From the NCBI GenBank assembly GCA_964016885.1, contig OZ024743.1:91202001-91266000 (forward strand): a stretch of DNA of 64,000 nucleotides, in the 5' to 3' direction. Positions within the stretch are counted from its first letter, which is position 1. Every line of letters begins with the position of its first letter. This DNA comes from Eledone cirrhosa. Taxonomy: Eukaryota. The notes under the pieces are model-generated. The model did no database searches. It was not told the DNA's origin and saw only the letters and a program-made list of their open reading frames with translations. The position numbers were made by a program, and so were the translations under genes. Below are positions 14,601-26,541 of the stretch, one piece after another.

Positions 14601-17600
14601 CTTTCAAGCGTTGGTTGATGTTTGCTTTAGTATTCACGAGAAGCAGGAGGATGACATCAACTACTGTATGGAATCAAATTTCTTGTGTAAATTGTTGTGT
14701 TTAAATTACATGTATGTGTGTGTGTATTTTATGTTGTTTATGTCTTTATAGGTGCTGAAACTGTGCAGCCTAATTTGTTACCACCCTGTAACGCTAACGC
14801 TGAGTCACCTCAAGATGTTTATAACCTCTCTGATAGTAAGTTGCAAATTCAATACTTTACATCTTTCTGAATTTTATTCTGAACTTCCTCCAAGACCTCA
14901 TACTGCCAAGATCCGAATGTCAGCAACCCATCTGTGGAAGGAGCCCCTTGAGGTGGGGTGGCTGTTGCAGTGTGTGTTGCTGGCCATTGCCGGCAGAAAT
15001 GCTTTTGCAGTTTTGTCCACAGGGTACAGCCCCAACACTTGCTGCACCCTATGTCCAGAACCCATCACCCTCTCCCCTTCCTCCTCCTTTTCATTTGTGT
15101 CCCTAGAGTCCTTCCATTCCCCTCCTTTTCCTCTCATTTATGGCTTCTATTGTCCTTTCATCTACTTTACCACACAGCCAGATTTGCCCTTCTTTACTCC
15201 TTCCCCATTTGTAATGTTATTTATACAATTGTAAATAAAAACAAAGTTAGTATAGATAAAAACTTGTTAAATTCAGGCTGTTTCATTTTCTGGGACATGT
15301 TGTTAAACTTGAATATATCTATATTTCTAAGGGGCTAATAAAAGGACTCAATAGTTTAATAGTAGCAATAGTAATAAAAGTAGCATTGTTGCTGTTACTG
15401 TCACCATTTAAAGGTAACTATCCTTTATTACATGAAATTGCATTTCCTTGAATTCTAAAATCAGTTATATTATATTTCAGTTATTAGTCCTGCAGAAATG
15501 GGTTGTTTGCAAGAATATTCAAAAGACATTTTCAACTTTAAACCTGAAGACATGGATTCTTTTAAAACAGATAACATGTAAGTTATTGAAGAGTTTACCT
15601 TATAACTTTGCTTTTCTTGTTTTCTTTAACCCTTTAGTTACCAGCCCAGTCATAACTGGCTCTTGTTCTATGAAATAAAACCACCTATTTTAAAGGTTTT
15701 CAATTTAGATTAAAATCTTCCAACATAATTTTATGTAAAAACCATACATTAATAATTTTAGTAAATCTGTCAATATTCTTCATTAATTAATTGAAACAGA
15801 CTGCATTTCATTAGAAATGCAGTCATGAAAGGGTGAAACCAAATATACATATATACACAAGTAGTAGAAAACCTGCCATACAGAAAGGTAATTTCTGCTT
15901 TAGCAGATGAAATAGCCTTAAAACACTTGCTATTGAGTATGTGTCTGTGCATATCATCATCATCATCACCGTTTTACGTCCGTTCATCCACGCTAGCATG
16001 GGTTAGACGAGTTGTCCTGTTGTGGGGAGTGTCCGGTCGGCTGACCATGTCTTGCTCATACAGGAACTGATTCTGGCTTGATTTCTACAGCTGGATGCCC
16101 TTCCTAACACCAACCTCATTTACAGTGAGTGCTGGGTGATTTTTTTCCGTGGCACCTCCACGTCCACTTTACAGTGTGGGCTGGGTGCTTTTTTGCAATG
16201 GGAGGGTGTGGGGGCACATTGTCTATATGCTTCAGCTTCGGCTTGTACCTGTGGGTGGTTGGGTCTTCTGCGTTACTGTGTGACGCCAGAGGTCACGGTC
16301 GTGTGTCATCGCCTTTGAGAGGTGTAATTGGGTAAGGTCGGCTTTTATCACCTCATCCCAGGTCTTCTTGGATCTCCCCACTCCGCGGTTTCCATCGACT
16401 TCTAGTGCTCTGCACCTTTTTATGCAGCTCTCACGCATCACATGTCCATACCAACGCAACCGCCTCTCCTGCACACAGCATTTGATTCCTCTTATGCTCA
16501 GTCTCTCTCTCAATTCATTTATGATTTGCTGTTTGCATATATTACTATTACACATCCATCGGAGCATGCAGGCTTCGTTTCTTTCTAATCTACGCAAGTC
16601 TTCCACATTTTGAGGGAAAAGCCTTTTGCAGCTAGCAGTGGCAGTAGCTCCCTGAACTTCTTCCATCTCGTTCTTGCTCTAGTTAATGTACTTTATGAAC
16701 ACCCACCTCCGCTGCTAATTTGGTCATCTAGGTAGCAGAAGCTGTCTACTGTTTCTACAGAGCCCTCCCAAAGTTTGGTGGTACTTGTTTCCTGTGGCTG
16801 TTTGCTGCTTGCTGTCCCAGCACAGCTGCTACATGTGAAGCCTACATTCTTAGTTAAGCTTCCTGAGATCCCGCTACATCTCTTGTGTACCCATTGTTTG
16901 CATTTGGGGCAGAGAATGGAGTTCCTGCCTACACCTTTCCTACACACTGAGCAAGGCCATTTCCCTGAGGGGATCTGGGTTCTGTTTTCTCGTCTACTTA
17001 CAAGGACCTTAGTCTTTGTCAAGTTGACTTTGAGACCCTTTCTTTCTAGTTCTTGCTTCCAAGTTTGGAATTTCTTCTCTAGTTCTACCATAGATTCAGC
17101 TATAAGTGCGAGGTCATCTGCATACAGGAGTTCCCATGGGCATCTGGTCTTAAACTCCTCCATTATTGCCCAGCGGTCATCCATGCATATCACATGTCCA
17201 TACCATCGCAGTCTTCTCTCCTGCACACTACAACTTATCCCTCTTATAAACAGTTTCTCTCTCAACTCATCTATGCTTGGTCGTTCACGCACATTGACAT
17301 TGGACATCCAATGGAGCATGCTTATTTCATTTCTCTCCAGCCGTCACATATCCTCTGCAGTTGCTGCCCATGTCTCACTACCATGCAGTATTGCGCATCT
17401 CACACACATCATATAACCAGCCTTTCGTACGCAGGGAGAAACCCTTCTTTGTCAACAGAGGAAGCAGCTCCCTAAACTTCCTCCAACCCGTCCTTATTCT
17501 AGATACTATGGCCTCGGACCACCCCCCTCCCATGCTAATCTGATCACCTGGATACCAGAAGCTATCAACCACTTCTATGGAACCCACCGGCATTTGAGAA

Positions 17601-20600
17601 ATGTGTCTATCACTGTGACTTCTACTGTCTAATTTCCCTGTACATCTACTGCATACATAGTTTTCCCTACCTGTTAGTTTGCCTGCTATCACACTATATC
17701 TCTTGTGTACCCAAGATCTGCATTGTGTACATTTTATAGAATTTATGCCAGTTCCTTTTCTACATATCGAACATGGCCATTTCCCTGATGGAATCAGAGT
17801 TTTGTCCTCTTTTCTACTTATCAACACTTTTATCTTAGTTATGTTCACTCTCAGTCCTCTTGATTCCAACTGCTGCTTCCATAACCAGAATTTATTCTCT
17901 AGCTCCTCTACTGATTCTGCTATAAGAACCAGATCGTCAGCATAGAGAAGTTCCCATGGGCAGCCAGTCTTAAACTCCTCTGTTATGGCTTGGAGAACTA
18001 TAATGAATAAGAGTGGGCTGAGGACCGAACCCTGATGAACTACTTGTATCTGGAATTCCTCACTAAACTCCATTTCTACTCTCACTTTACTGACAGCTCC
18101 TCGGTACATAGCTTGCACTGTCCTCGCAAGCCATTCCTCTATACTTAGTTTCCAGATGACAGATCGGGGTACTCTATCAAAGGCCTTCTCTAGGTCAACA
18201 AAAGCTAAATATAGTGGCTTATTCTTCTCTAAGAACCTCTCTTGTAGTTGTCTCACTAAGAAGAGGGCATCTGTTGTACTTTTCCCAGGCACAAAACCAA
18301 ACAAACTGCATCTCATCTAATTTGACTCTTTCTCTAATTAGTTGCGCTAATATTCTTTCTGCCACTTTCATAACCTGATCCATCAGTTTTATGCCCCTAT
18401 AATTGCTCCTCTCCAGAGCATCCCCTTTATCTTTGTAGCAATTTATGAGAATACTGCTGCACCAGTCTTTGGGTATGACACCGCCATATGTAGCTTGATT
18501 GATGATGCGTGCAACCAGATTAGTGCCTACGTCCACTGATGCCTTCAGCATCTCAGCAACTATCACCGGCAATCCAGTGGCCTTACCATTTTTCATTTCC
18601 TTAATTGCCTCTTGGACCCTATATTTGTCAATCTCAATAGCTGGTCCCACTGTCGGGTCTACTGGGGGTAATTTCTCTCTCTCCCATTCGTTCTCTACAT
18701 TCATCAGTCTCTTATAATGACATTTCCAGGCCTCCTTTTTCTGATCATTAGTGACACTAAGTACACCATCATCATTTCGGACACACTTATCTCCAACGAC
18801 ATCCTGATTTACACTGACATACTGCCTTGCAATGCGGAACACCGCATGTCTCTAATCTTCCCGTCACACATATATATATATATATATATATATAAATATA
18901 GATGTGTGTATATATAATAATAATAATTGTCACATCATCAAATATTAAATATCTATCTGTATTCCATGTTATTTTAATGTTTTGTTATAGCTATTATCCA
19001 TGTGTGTTAAGTCGTCTTCAATCTCTACCTCCACTGGGAAGTCCAGAAAGACAGACTAAAGCTGATTGTTTGCAGTATCTGCAATATATGGTGTCATTAC
19101 AACAAATGACAAAATATACCATTAAATCAAAAGGTTTGTACAGTTCTCATCCATACAAACTCTTACTCTTTCTTTCTATTCTATCCAACTTCCCTTTGTT
19201 ATTTTGCTGTTTTGGGGGCTTTTTTTTTAGCATCAATGGGGGTGGATTGGCAGTATCGGTAGAGGGTCGGACGCCATGCTTTGGCGTATAGAGTTACGGC
19301 CCTTGCCATTCTGAGTTCAAATCCCGCCGAGGTTAACTTTGCCTTTCATCCTTACGGGGGTCGATAAAATAAAGTACCAGTAATTAATACACTGGGTGAT
19401 TGCTGGCCTTGTGCCAAAAGTAGAAACAAGTATTTGCTAGTGGTGAATTGGCAGTATTGGTAGAGGGTCTGACGTTATGCTTTGCAACAAAAAGTTACGC
19501 CCCTTTATGGTTTGAGTTCAAATCCCGCCGAGGTTAACTTTGCCTTTCATCCTTACAGAGTCGATAAAATAAAGTACCAGTAATGTACTGGGCAATTGCT
19601 GGCATTGTGCCAAAAGTAGAAACAATTATTTGCAATTTTTCCTGCAAAATATACAACTTTGTGATTCATGATGATGAATCATCATTGTTTTTACGTCTTT
19701 TTTTACACGTTTGCATTGGTTGGACGGGTCCTTCTCACCATGGCATCTTTCCACTTGTCGCATGAGTCTCAATGATTTGAGGTCGGCTCTCACCACCTCT
19801 GCTTAGGTCTTCCTTGGTCTACCTCTACTGCAGCTTCTTGGATTTCCTGGTACTTCTTCACCCAGCAATTATTGTTCATACCAATGTAGTCTTCTCTGCT
19901 TCACACCAGCTTCTCCATCAACTTGTGCAACCTCTGCCTTTCTCTCACATCCAACGGAGCATGGCTGTACATTTAAAAATAAATTTAAAGTTTAATAACT
20001 GTGCCAAAAAAGTCTGACATGTTAAAATAATGCCACAACAAATTTTAATTAGCAAGGGTGTAACAGCTTTGTTTGTAAAGTGGCAGGAGGTTACAATTTA
20101 AAATGGTTGGGTGACCTTTATTTAAAATATTCTATTTTTTCACTGCAGACTTTTTCACATATTTCCCACCAATTGTTGGTAAACAATTCATTGGAAATTT
20201 CTTACAGCTTGTGAGAAACCCAAAAGGTGCTCTAGAAAGGTAAGAACAAATACACAGTTTTCTCTAATCTATACTCCTTTAGCATTTAAGCTAGCCATAT
20301 CCAGCCAAAATTTTCTCATCTCATCTTGTTCTGTTCAAACCAGCTCTAATTGACCAATCATACCAATGATATGATATTGTTTTCAAAATCTCGTCACATT
20401 GATATTATGTGAAGTAAAGCCTTTACCGTGAAAATATGATAGTAAATATTATAGAGTAATGTAAATGCTAAAGGGTTAACCCTTTTGTTACTATATTTCT
20501 AATGAAAGACACTGCTTATAATTTCCAAATCATTTTGAAAATATTCAAGAATTTGGAGAGATTTGATAATATACTGCCATAAGTCTCGCACCAAAGCATT

Positions 20601-22251
20601 AAAAACAATTTACTATACATGTACACTGTATTGTATTAATAACAAAAATTATATTGAAATAACAAATATATCATTTTCATCATCCTATATATAAATGTAA
20701 GTGATAATTCAGTTCTTTGTTAATACAATTAATACGTTAAGAAATTTAAACTGGCTGTATCTGGCCAGAATTCTCTCACCTCTTTCTATTCAAACTGGCT
20801 GCTCATACTGATGTTAAGGTATTGTTCTCAAAATAAATATAAAAATCTCATAGATTTGATATAATAGTAAATATAGAGTAATGTAAATGCTAAAGGGTTA
20901 ATGCTTAGGTAGCGCGATTAAGGCTCACCCTGTATAACTAACTTTCTTATTAAGTTGGTGTTTGTAGCACAACTTAGCAACGGTTATTTCATAGAATTTG
21001 TTTATTTATTTCAGACAGACAACTGCAGCTCTGAAAGATAAGCTGGCTATTTACCTTTTGATTTTGTTGCTGGTTATTGATAATTTTAATCTATCATTTG
21101 ATGCCGCACAGAAAGAACTAAATATTAAATCTACGAAGTAAGTAGTATTCCGCTTCTTTAGCCCTGGGTTGGTCCTTATTGAACAGGCATAGGATCAAAA
21201 TCAATCCAAACATGACTACTTCAGCATCTTTTTCTATATCTAAGACTATTTTTCAATGTGTCCTTCATTTTTAAGATGTTATAGTTGTGTTCTTTTTGCC
21301 TTTTTTTTTTTTTTGCCACATTTGGCTACTGTTTTTTGCAGGTCAAATGACCACATATGGGTCTGTTGTTGGCTCATAGTAGTGGTTATTGTTGTTGATG
21401 ATGACTTCAAAGAGCCTTCCTTTTCACATTCTGTACCATGCTGAAACTTTTTTGCAGGTCAAATGACAATATAAGGTTCTCTTGTTGGCTCATAGTAGTG
21501 GCTGTTGTTCAGCACCAAGTCTGCCGCTCCTGTACAGACCTGTGACCAAAGATGGTCCAGCAACCACCCCTATCATATGACTATCTATTGCTATATTATA
21601 CAATGTATCCATAGGCTGCTATGTCTAGCAGGTCAAGCAGAGGCTCCCTCATTAGTTCATATTGATACATGTCTGCAGAATGCTATGTATGTTAATTGCC
21701 ACAATACCGTACTGTAAGGTGGTAGTGCTGGTGTTATGACAAAAATACCAAGTCTATCCTGTAAGGTGGTAGTACTTGTGCCATGACAAAATTATCCAAT
21801 CCGTCCTATATGATGGTAGTACTGGTACCACGACAAAAGCACACAATACACACTGCAATATAGCATTAGGAAGGGCATCCAGTCATAGAAACCACACTCC
21901 CATACAAGTAGTTAAGTGGTTTGTGTTAAGAAGGACATCCAGCTGAAGAAACCATGCTCCCAGTACTTGCTGTTCAGTGGTTGGTGTTAGGAAGGACATC
22001 CAGCTGTAGAAAACAAGTAAAAATGGAACATGTGAGCAAGACATAGATAGAAAATAGATCTTAAACAGTAATGACGATGGTGTGTGTGTTAATATTTTTC
22101 TCTTTTTATTTTTTTAAGATTGCGAACACTGTTTGGATATATAGGCTGTGAAATTCAGAAGCAGAAAGGAAGTACAAATAAAAATGTTGTGCTTACGGCC
22201 CCTCTAAAATTAACGACACCTCACAAAATTAAATCACGCCGTCGTCGTTAA
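2636..22251 (+). CDS. POLR1E: RNA polymerase I subunit RPA49/PAF53, 12 coding exons, 395 aa
   Basis: join(2636-2675,4082-4185,5311-5387,8221-8306,11408-11466,13332-13482,14752-14835,15481-15577,18991-19133,20149-20239,21015-21137,22119-22251) = 1188 nt; all introns GT-AG with compatible phases. Peptides FSHGKL..KRILVGKTDSISYVGANF, HYIGILNKTTGKMQICDVDLFNLHP, LLPPCNANAESPQDVYNLSDII and KDKLAIYLLILLLVIDNF resemble vertebrate POLR1E as recalled. Confidence 0.93.
4082..4185 (+). CDS. POLR1E: POLR1E exon 2
   Basis: cag|..ATFSHGKLKKKKHKKIKFLSYQQNQNQNEKRKRIL|gtaag. Confidence 0.9.
5311..5387 (+). CDS. POLR1E: POLR1E exon 3
   Basis: ttccag|VGKTDSISYVGANFNAVKSDYSEMY|gtgagt. Confidence 0.9.
6406..6787 (+). 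mobile_element. tRNA-derived SINE, family A, full length
   Basis: A box TGGCTTAGTGG, B box GAGTTCAATTC, CCTTGAGCAAGACACTT core, 3' tail shared with the RTE LINE and ending (ATG)n; near-identical minus-strand copies at ~11703-12048 and ~22607-22932. Confidence 0.8.
6883..7500 (+). mobile_element. Head-to-tail array (~3 units) of SINE-like family B
   Basis: ~195-bp unit GGTGAATTGGCAG..GAGTTCAAATCCCG..TTTCATCCTTACGGGGTCGATAAAATAAAGTACCAG..GAAACAATTATT. Other arrays/copies at ~12075-12740, 19238-19630, 31520-31705(-), 57218-57335(-), 62428-62715. Confidence 0.75.
8221..8306 (+). CDS. POLR1E: POLR1E exon 4
   Basis: ttgcag|HYIGILNKTTGKMQICDVDLFNLHPKFP|gtaac. Confidence 0.92.
8345..8615. repeat. 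64-bp tandem minisatellite, ~4 copies
   Basis: AAGACCATTAATATTTAACACTTCATGACC recurs at 8377, 8441, 8505, 8569. Confidence 0.85.
9005..9455. repeat. 48-bp tandem minisatellite, ~9 copies, expanded from the SINE/LINE tail subunit
   Basis: Unit CAGTGTGGACTGGGTGATTTTTGTCGTGACACCTACACAACCACTTTA; explains the 16-aa periodic ORFs. A more diverged array in the opposite orientation lies at ~10445-10730. Confidence 0.9.
11408..11466 (+). CDS. POLR1E: POLR1E exon 5
   Basis: ttcag|ETERQNENISDSLDLSYMQQ|gttt; bridges phase 1 to phase 0. Confidence 0.8.
11703..12048 (-). mobile_element. tRNA-derived SINE family A copy
   Basis: Reverse complement of 6406-6787. Confidence 0.8.
13332..13482 (+). CDS. POLR1E: POLR1E exon 6
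   Basis: tacag|KLKLTNTFGTVASRRFIDNYKK..ENQADV|gtaag. Confidence 0.9.
14752..14835 (+). CDS. POLR1E: POLR1E exon 7
   Basis: tatag|AETVQPNLLPPCNANAESPQDVYNLSD|gtaagt. Confidence 0.9.
15481..15577 (+). CDS. POLR1E: POLR1E exon 8
   Basis: ttcag|ISPAEMGCLQEYSKDIFNFKPEDMDSFKTDN|gtaag. Confidence 0.88.
15953..18850 (-). mobile_element. Decayed, rearranged RTE-clade LINE fragments with PHD finger, in POLR1E intron 8 (antisense)
   Basis: ORF fragments carry RT motifs [36 protein letters not shown] and [15 protein letters not shown]; the RT C-terminal half occurs twice; frameshifts present; 3' tail ends in (ATG)n at ~15955. Confidence 0.92.
18991..19133 (+). CDS. POLR1E: POLR1E exon 9
   Basis: tatag|YYPCVLSRLQSLPP..CLQYLQYMVSLQQMTKYTIKSK|gttt. 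Confidence 0.88.
20149..20239 (+). CDS. POLR1E: POLR1E exon 10
   Basis: tgcag|FFTYFPPIVGKQFIGNFLQLVRNPKGALE|gtaag. Confidence 0.87.
21015..21137 (+). CDS. POLR1E: POLR1E exon 11
   Basis: ttcag|QTTAALKDKLAIYLLILLLVIDNFNLSFDAAQKELNIKST|gtaagt. Confidence 0.9.
22119..22251 (+). CDS. POLR1E: POLR1E exon 12 (stop)
   Basis: ttaag|LRTLFGYIGCEIQKQKGSTNKNVVLTAPLKLTTPHKIKSRRRR*. Confidence 0.9.
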
Positions 22252-22272
22252 TATTTTCATTGTATTACTATA

Positions 22273-22278
22273 AATAAA
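22273..22278 (+). terminator. Candidate poly(A) signal of POLR1E
   Basis: AATAAA 22 nt after the stop, followed by a GT/T-rich tract. Confidence 0.5.
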
Positions 22279-22606
22279 ATTTAGATATGTTCCAGGTTTT
22301 TTGTTTAACTTTCTGTGTCCTTTCCTCTTATTTTTGTTTGTTCTTCTTCCACATATCTTGTTTGTCACCTTCAGTAGGTTATCTTTCAGGAATTCCCACT
22401 ACTCCTCTGTCAAGAGCATCAAGCAACATGCCTATAAATTTGTTAGTGACTGTGGAGTCCTTCAACTTCCACATTCTTCTCAAGGTCGTCCTCTGTCATC
22501 GAGTTCATCTAGTGCCAACTATAAGGTTGCTAACTACTGGGTTATGTTAGGAGGTGCATTCTTCACTAGGGAGGGACTTTGTGTTTTATATATCTTATCT
22601 ATTATT

Positions 22607-22932
22607 ATCATTTCACGTCCGCTTTTCCCTGCTAGCAAAGGTGGGACGGGAACTGATTCTGGCTTGATTTCTACAGCTGGATGCCCTTCCTAACACCAAC
22701 CTCATTTACAGTGAGTGCTGGGTGCTTTTTTTACGTGGCGCCTAGACAACCACTTTGCAGTGGAATGATAGGGAACCCAGTCCTATCATCTCATTTCTAC
22801 AGCTGAGTAAACTGGAGCAATGTGAAATAAAGTGTCTTGCTCAAGGAAACAACATATCACCCGGTCTGAGAATTGAACTCACAACCTTTCGATTGCAAGG
22901 CCAATGTTCTAACCACTAAGCCATGTGCCTCC
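22607..22932 (-). mobile_element. tRNA-derived SINE family A copy
   Basis: Reverse complement of 6406-6787. Confidence 0.8.
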
Positions 22933-22936
22933 ATTA

Positions 22937-22968
<32 letters not shown>

Positions 22969-23178
22969 CATATATATATCTCTCTCTCTTCGAAATGTGC
23001 GGCAAAGTGCTCAATGGTTCGGATAAACCAGAGCTATAACTAACGTTTAATACCAACACACTGAGACGATGCTTAAACAATCATTCGCACAGCCAAAAAT
23101 ACGACCAAGAAAATTCGGGTCAGACAAATAAAAATATATATGAATGATATTTTTATATATAATATATATTTTTATATA

Positions 23179-23216
<38 letters not shown>

Positions 23217-23905
23217 TGTAAATGTGGTTGGTGTTAGGAAGGGCATCCAGCTGTAGAAAACCCGCCAGACAGTCCTATGCGAGCAAGACAATCACTCTTG
23301 CCTCAAGTGGGAAATACCCCCGTCCAAACCCATGCAAGCGTGGAACACGGACGTTAAACGTTGATGATGATATGTATTTTTATAAATATATATATATATA
23401 TATTTTTATATATATATATTTTATATATATATATTTTTTTTCATTTCATTTTACGTCCACTTTTTCCCTGCTTGCAAGGGTAGGACAGGAACTGATTCTG
23501 GCTTGATTTCTACAGCTGGATGCCCTTCCTAACACCAACCTCATTTACAGTGAGTGCTGGGTGCTTTTTTGCCGTGGCACCTCCACAACCACTTTGCAGT
23601 GGAATGATATATATTTGATATATATATATATATTTTTATATATATATATATATATTTTATATATATATATATTTATATTTATATATATATATATATATTT
23701 ATATATATGCAAGCGTGGAACACGGACGTTAAACGTTGATGATGATATATTTATATATATATATATATGTAGATAAATCTACCAAGAGTTTACGGTAGTG
23801 TCCAATCCGTATGAAGAACTCAATGTAATCCGGATATCATGGAAAGAAGAGATGCAATGAAAAATCACTTTCGGTGAAAGATAAACGGAATACAGAGTCA
23901 AGATA

Positions 23906-24310
23906 AAATATTTAAAAAATAATGAATAAAACAATGAAACAGTTCCTTATATTAAACAAAAAAAGTTCATTATTTAACGATCGTTTCTAGGATATATATG
24001 TGTTAGAATTGGCATGCATATTCAACAGATCTATGTACAAAATTATACAAAATTATACAAACTATCAAAATTAAATATACATACCAACACATATATATGC
24101 CGTCTTCAGAAGACGGCATATATATGTGTTGGTATGTATATTTAATTTTGATAGTTTGTATAATTTTGTATAATTTTGTACATAGATCTGTTGAATATGC
24201 ATGCCAATTCTAACACATATATATCCTAGAAACGATCGTTAAATAATGAACTTTTTTTGTTTAATATAAGGAACTGTTTCATTGTTTTATTCATTATTTT
24301 TTTAATATTT
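23906..24310. repeat. Near-perfect palindrome, ~202-bp arms, 1-nt centre at 24108
   Basis: GCCGTCTTC-A-GAAGACGGC centre; arms match by eye with about one mismatch near the outer end. Confidence 0.92.
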
Positions 24311-24330
24311 AATTTTTATATATATATATA

Positions 24331-24361
<31 letters not shown>

Positions 24362-24376
24362 TTTTATATATATATA

Positions 24377-24408
<32 letters not shown>

Positions 24409-24670
24409 TTTATATATATATATATTTATATATATATATTTATATATATATATATATTGACTTTGTTAATTTCAGAAGATCCCGTTAAGGGTGAAAGCAG
24501 CGATTCTTTGCTTAAACTTGAATCTGTTATTTTAATAAATATTTGCTCTACGGTTCTTATGTATTTGATATATATTTATCCTTATCGAGCCCTCTTTGGA
24601 TTTTAGTCTTGAAATTTATTATTATTACTATTTATATATATTTATATATTTTTATATATATATATTTATA

Positions 24671-24702
<32 letters not shown>

Positions 24703-24708
24703 TTTATA

Positions 24709-24775
<67 letters not shown>

Positions 24776-24812
24776 ATATTTTTATATATATATATATTTA
24801 TATATATATATA

Positions 24813-26424
24813 TTTGTTGACTTGGAGAAAGCCTTCGACAGAGTCCCCCGTTCCATTATCTGGTGGGCTCTTAGAAAACTAGGTGTTGACGAATGGCTTG
24901 TGAGAGCTATACAAGCCACGTATAAAGAAACAGTCAGCAAGGTTAGAATTAACAACGAATATAGTGAAGAGTTTAGTGTAAAAGTTGGTGTTCATCAGGG
25001 CTCTGTTCTTAGCCCCCTACTATTTATTATTGTCCTTCAGGCTATAACAGTGGAGTTCAAGACCGGCTGCCCATGGGAACTCCTATACGCAGATGATCTA
25101 ACGCTCATAGCTGAATCAATGGCCGAGCTAGAGAAGAAATTCCAAACATGGAAGCACGGCCTAGAATCAAAAGGCCTTAAAATTAACCTGGCTAAGACTA
25201 AAGTTCTAGTTTGTAGGAAAGAAAATAAGGCGCCAGTCCCTTCCGGGAAATGGCCATGCTCAGTGTGTAGGAAAGGCGTAGGTAGAAACTCCATTTTATG
25301 TCCTAAATGCAAAGTATGGATGCATAAAAGATGTAGTGGGATCACAGGTAAGCTAACTAAGAACATAGATTTTACATGTGGCCGGTGCTCTGGTGCAATA
25401 AGTAGCAGCAAGTGCCCACAAAATACTAGCTCTTTCAATTGCGCAGAGGGTTCTATAGAAATAGTGGACAGCTTCCGTTACCTGGGTGACAAAATCAGCA
25501 GTGGGGGAGGGTACTCTGAAAGTACAGTAGCTAGAGTCAGAACTGGATGGAAAAAGTTCATAGAGCTTATACCACTATTAGCCGCTAAAGGGTTCTCCCT
25601 AAAAATGAAAGGCAGCTTGTATGATGCCTGCATACGAACAGCAATGTTGCATGGCAGTAAGACCTGGGCATTGTGTGCAGAGGATATACACAGACTAGAG
25701 AGGAACGAAGCTTGCATGCTCCGCTGGATGTGTAATAGTAATATACGTGAACGGCAAAGCATAAATGAATTAAGGGAAAAATTAGAAATAAGAGGGATCA
25801 GATGTTGTTTACTCGAGAGAAGGCTACGTTGGTATGGTCACGTGATGCGCATGAAAGACGACAGCTGTATAACAAAGTGCAGGGCAATAAAGATAGACGG
25901 TAGCCAAAGAGTAGGCAGACCCAGAAAAACCTGGGACGACCTGATAAATTCCGACCTCACACACTTATACCTCTCCAAGACAATGTCACTGGACCGAGAT
26001 CTTTGGCGGTACTCAGTAATAGAGAAGACCCGCCTTGCCTAAATACAAAGTAAACCTACTACTGTAGGCATCTCTAACAAAATACGCCCCCGTATCTCCA
26101 CCCCCACCCCATCCACACCGCCCCTTTCAATGTAAAGTTACGTTGGTGCCACAACATCCAGGCCGAAACAAATGAGATCGTGTAGGTGTCACGACAAAAA
26201 AAACACACAGTCCACGCTGTAATGTGGCCGTGTAGGCAACACGGTAAAAACCTCCCAGTCCCACACTGTAAATGTGGTTGGTGTTAGGAAGGGCATCCAG
26301 CTGTAGAAAACCCGCCAGACAGTCCTATGCGAGCAAGACAACCACTCTTGCCTCAAGTGGGAAAACTCCCGTCCAAACCCATGCAAGCGTGGAACATGGA
26401 CGTTAAATGATGATGATGATGATG

Positions 26425-26425
<1 letters not shown>
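24813..26425 (+). mobile_element. 5'-truncated RTE LINE (RT + PHD finger + C-terminus, open to stop at 26042) with 3' tail
   Basis: [29 protein letters not shown]4HC3 finger, [21 protein letters not shown]; inserted in (TA)n; tail ends (ATG)n. Confidence 0.93.
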
Positions 26426-26465
<40 letters not shown>

Positions 26466-26472
26466 TATTTAT

Positions 26473-26510
<38 letters not shown>

Positions 26511-26541
26511 AGTGTAAGTTTCTACACAAAACGAAGGTTAT

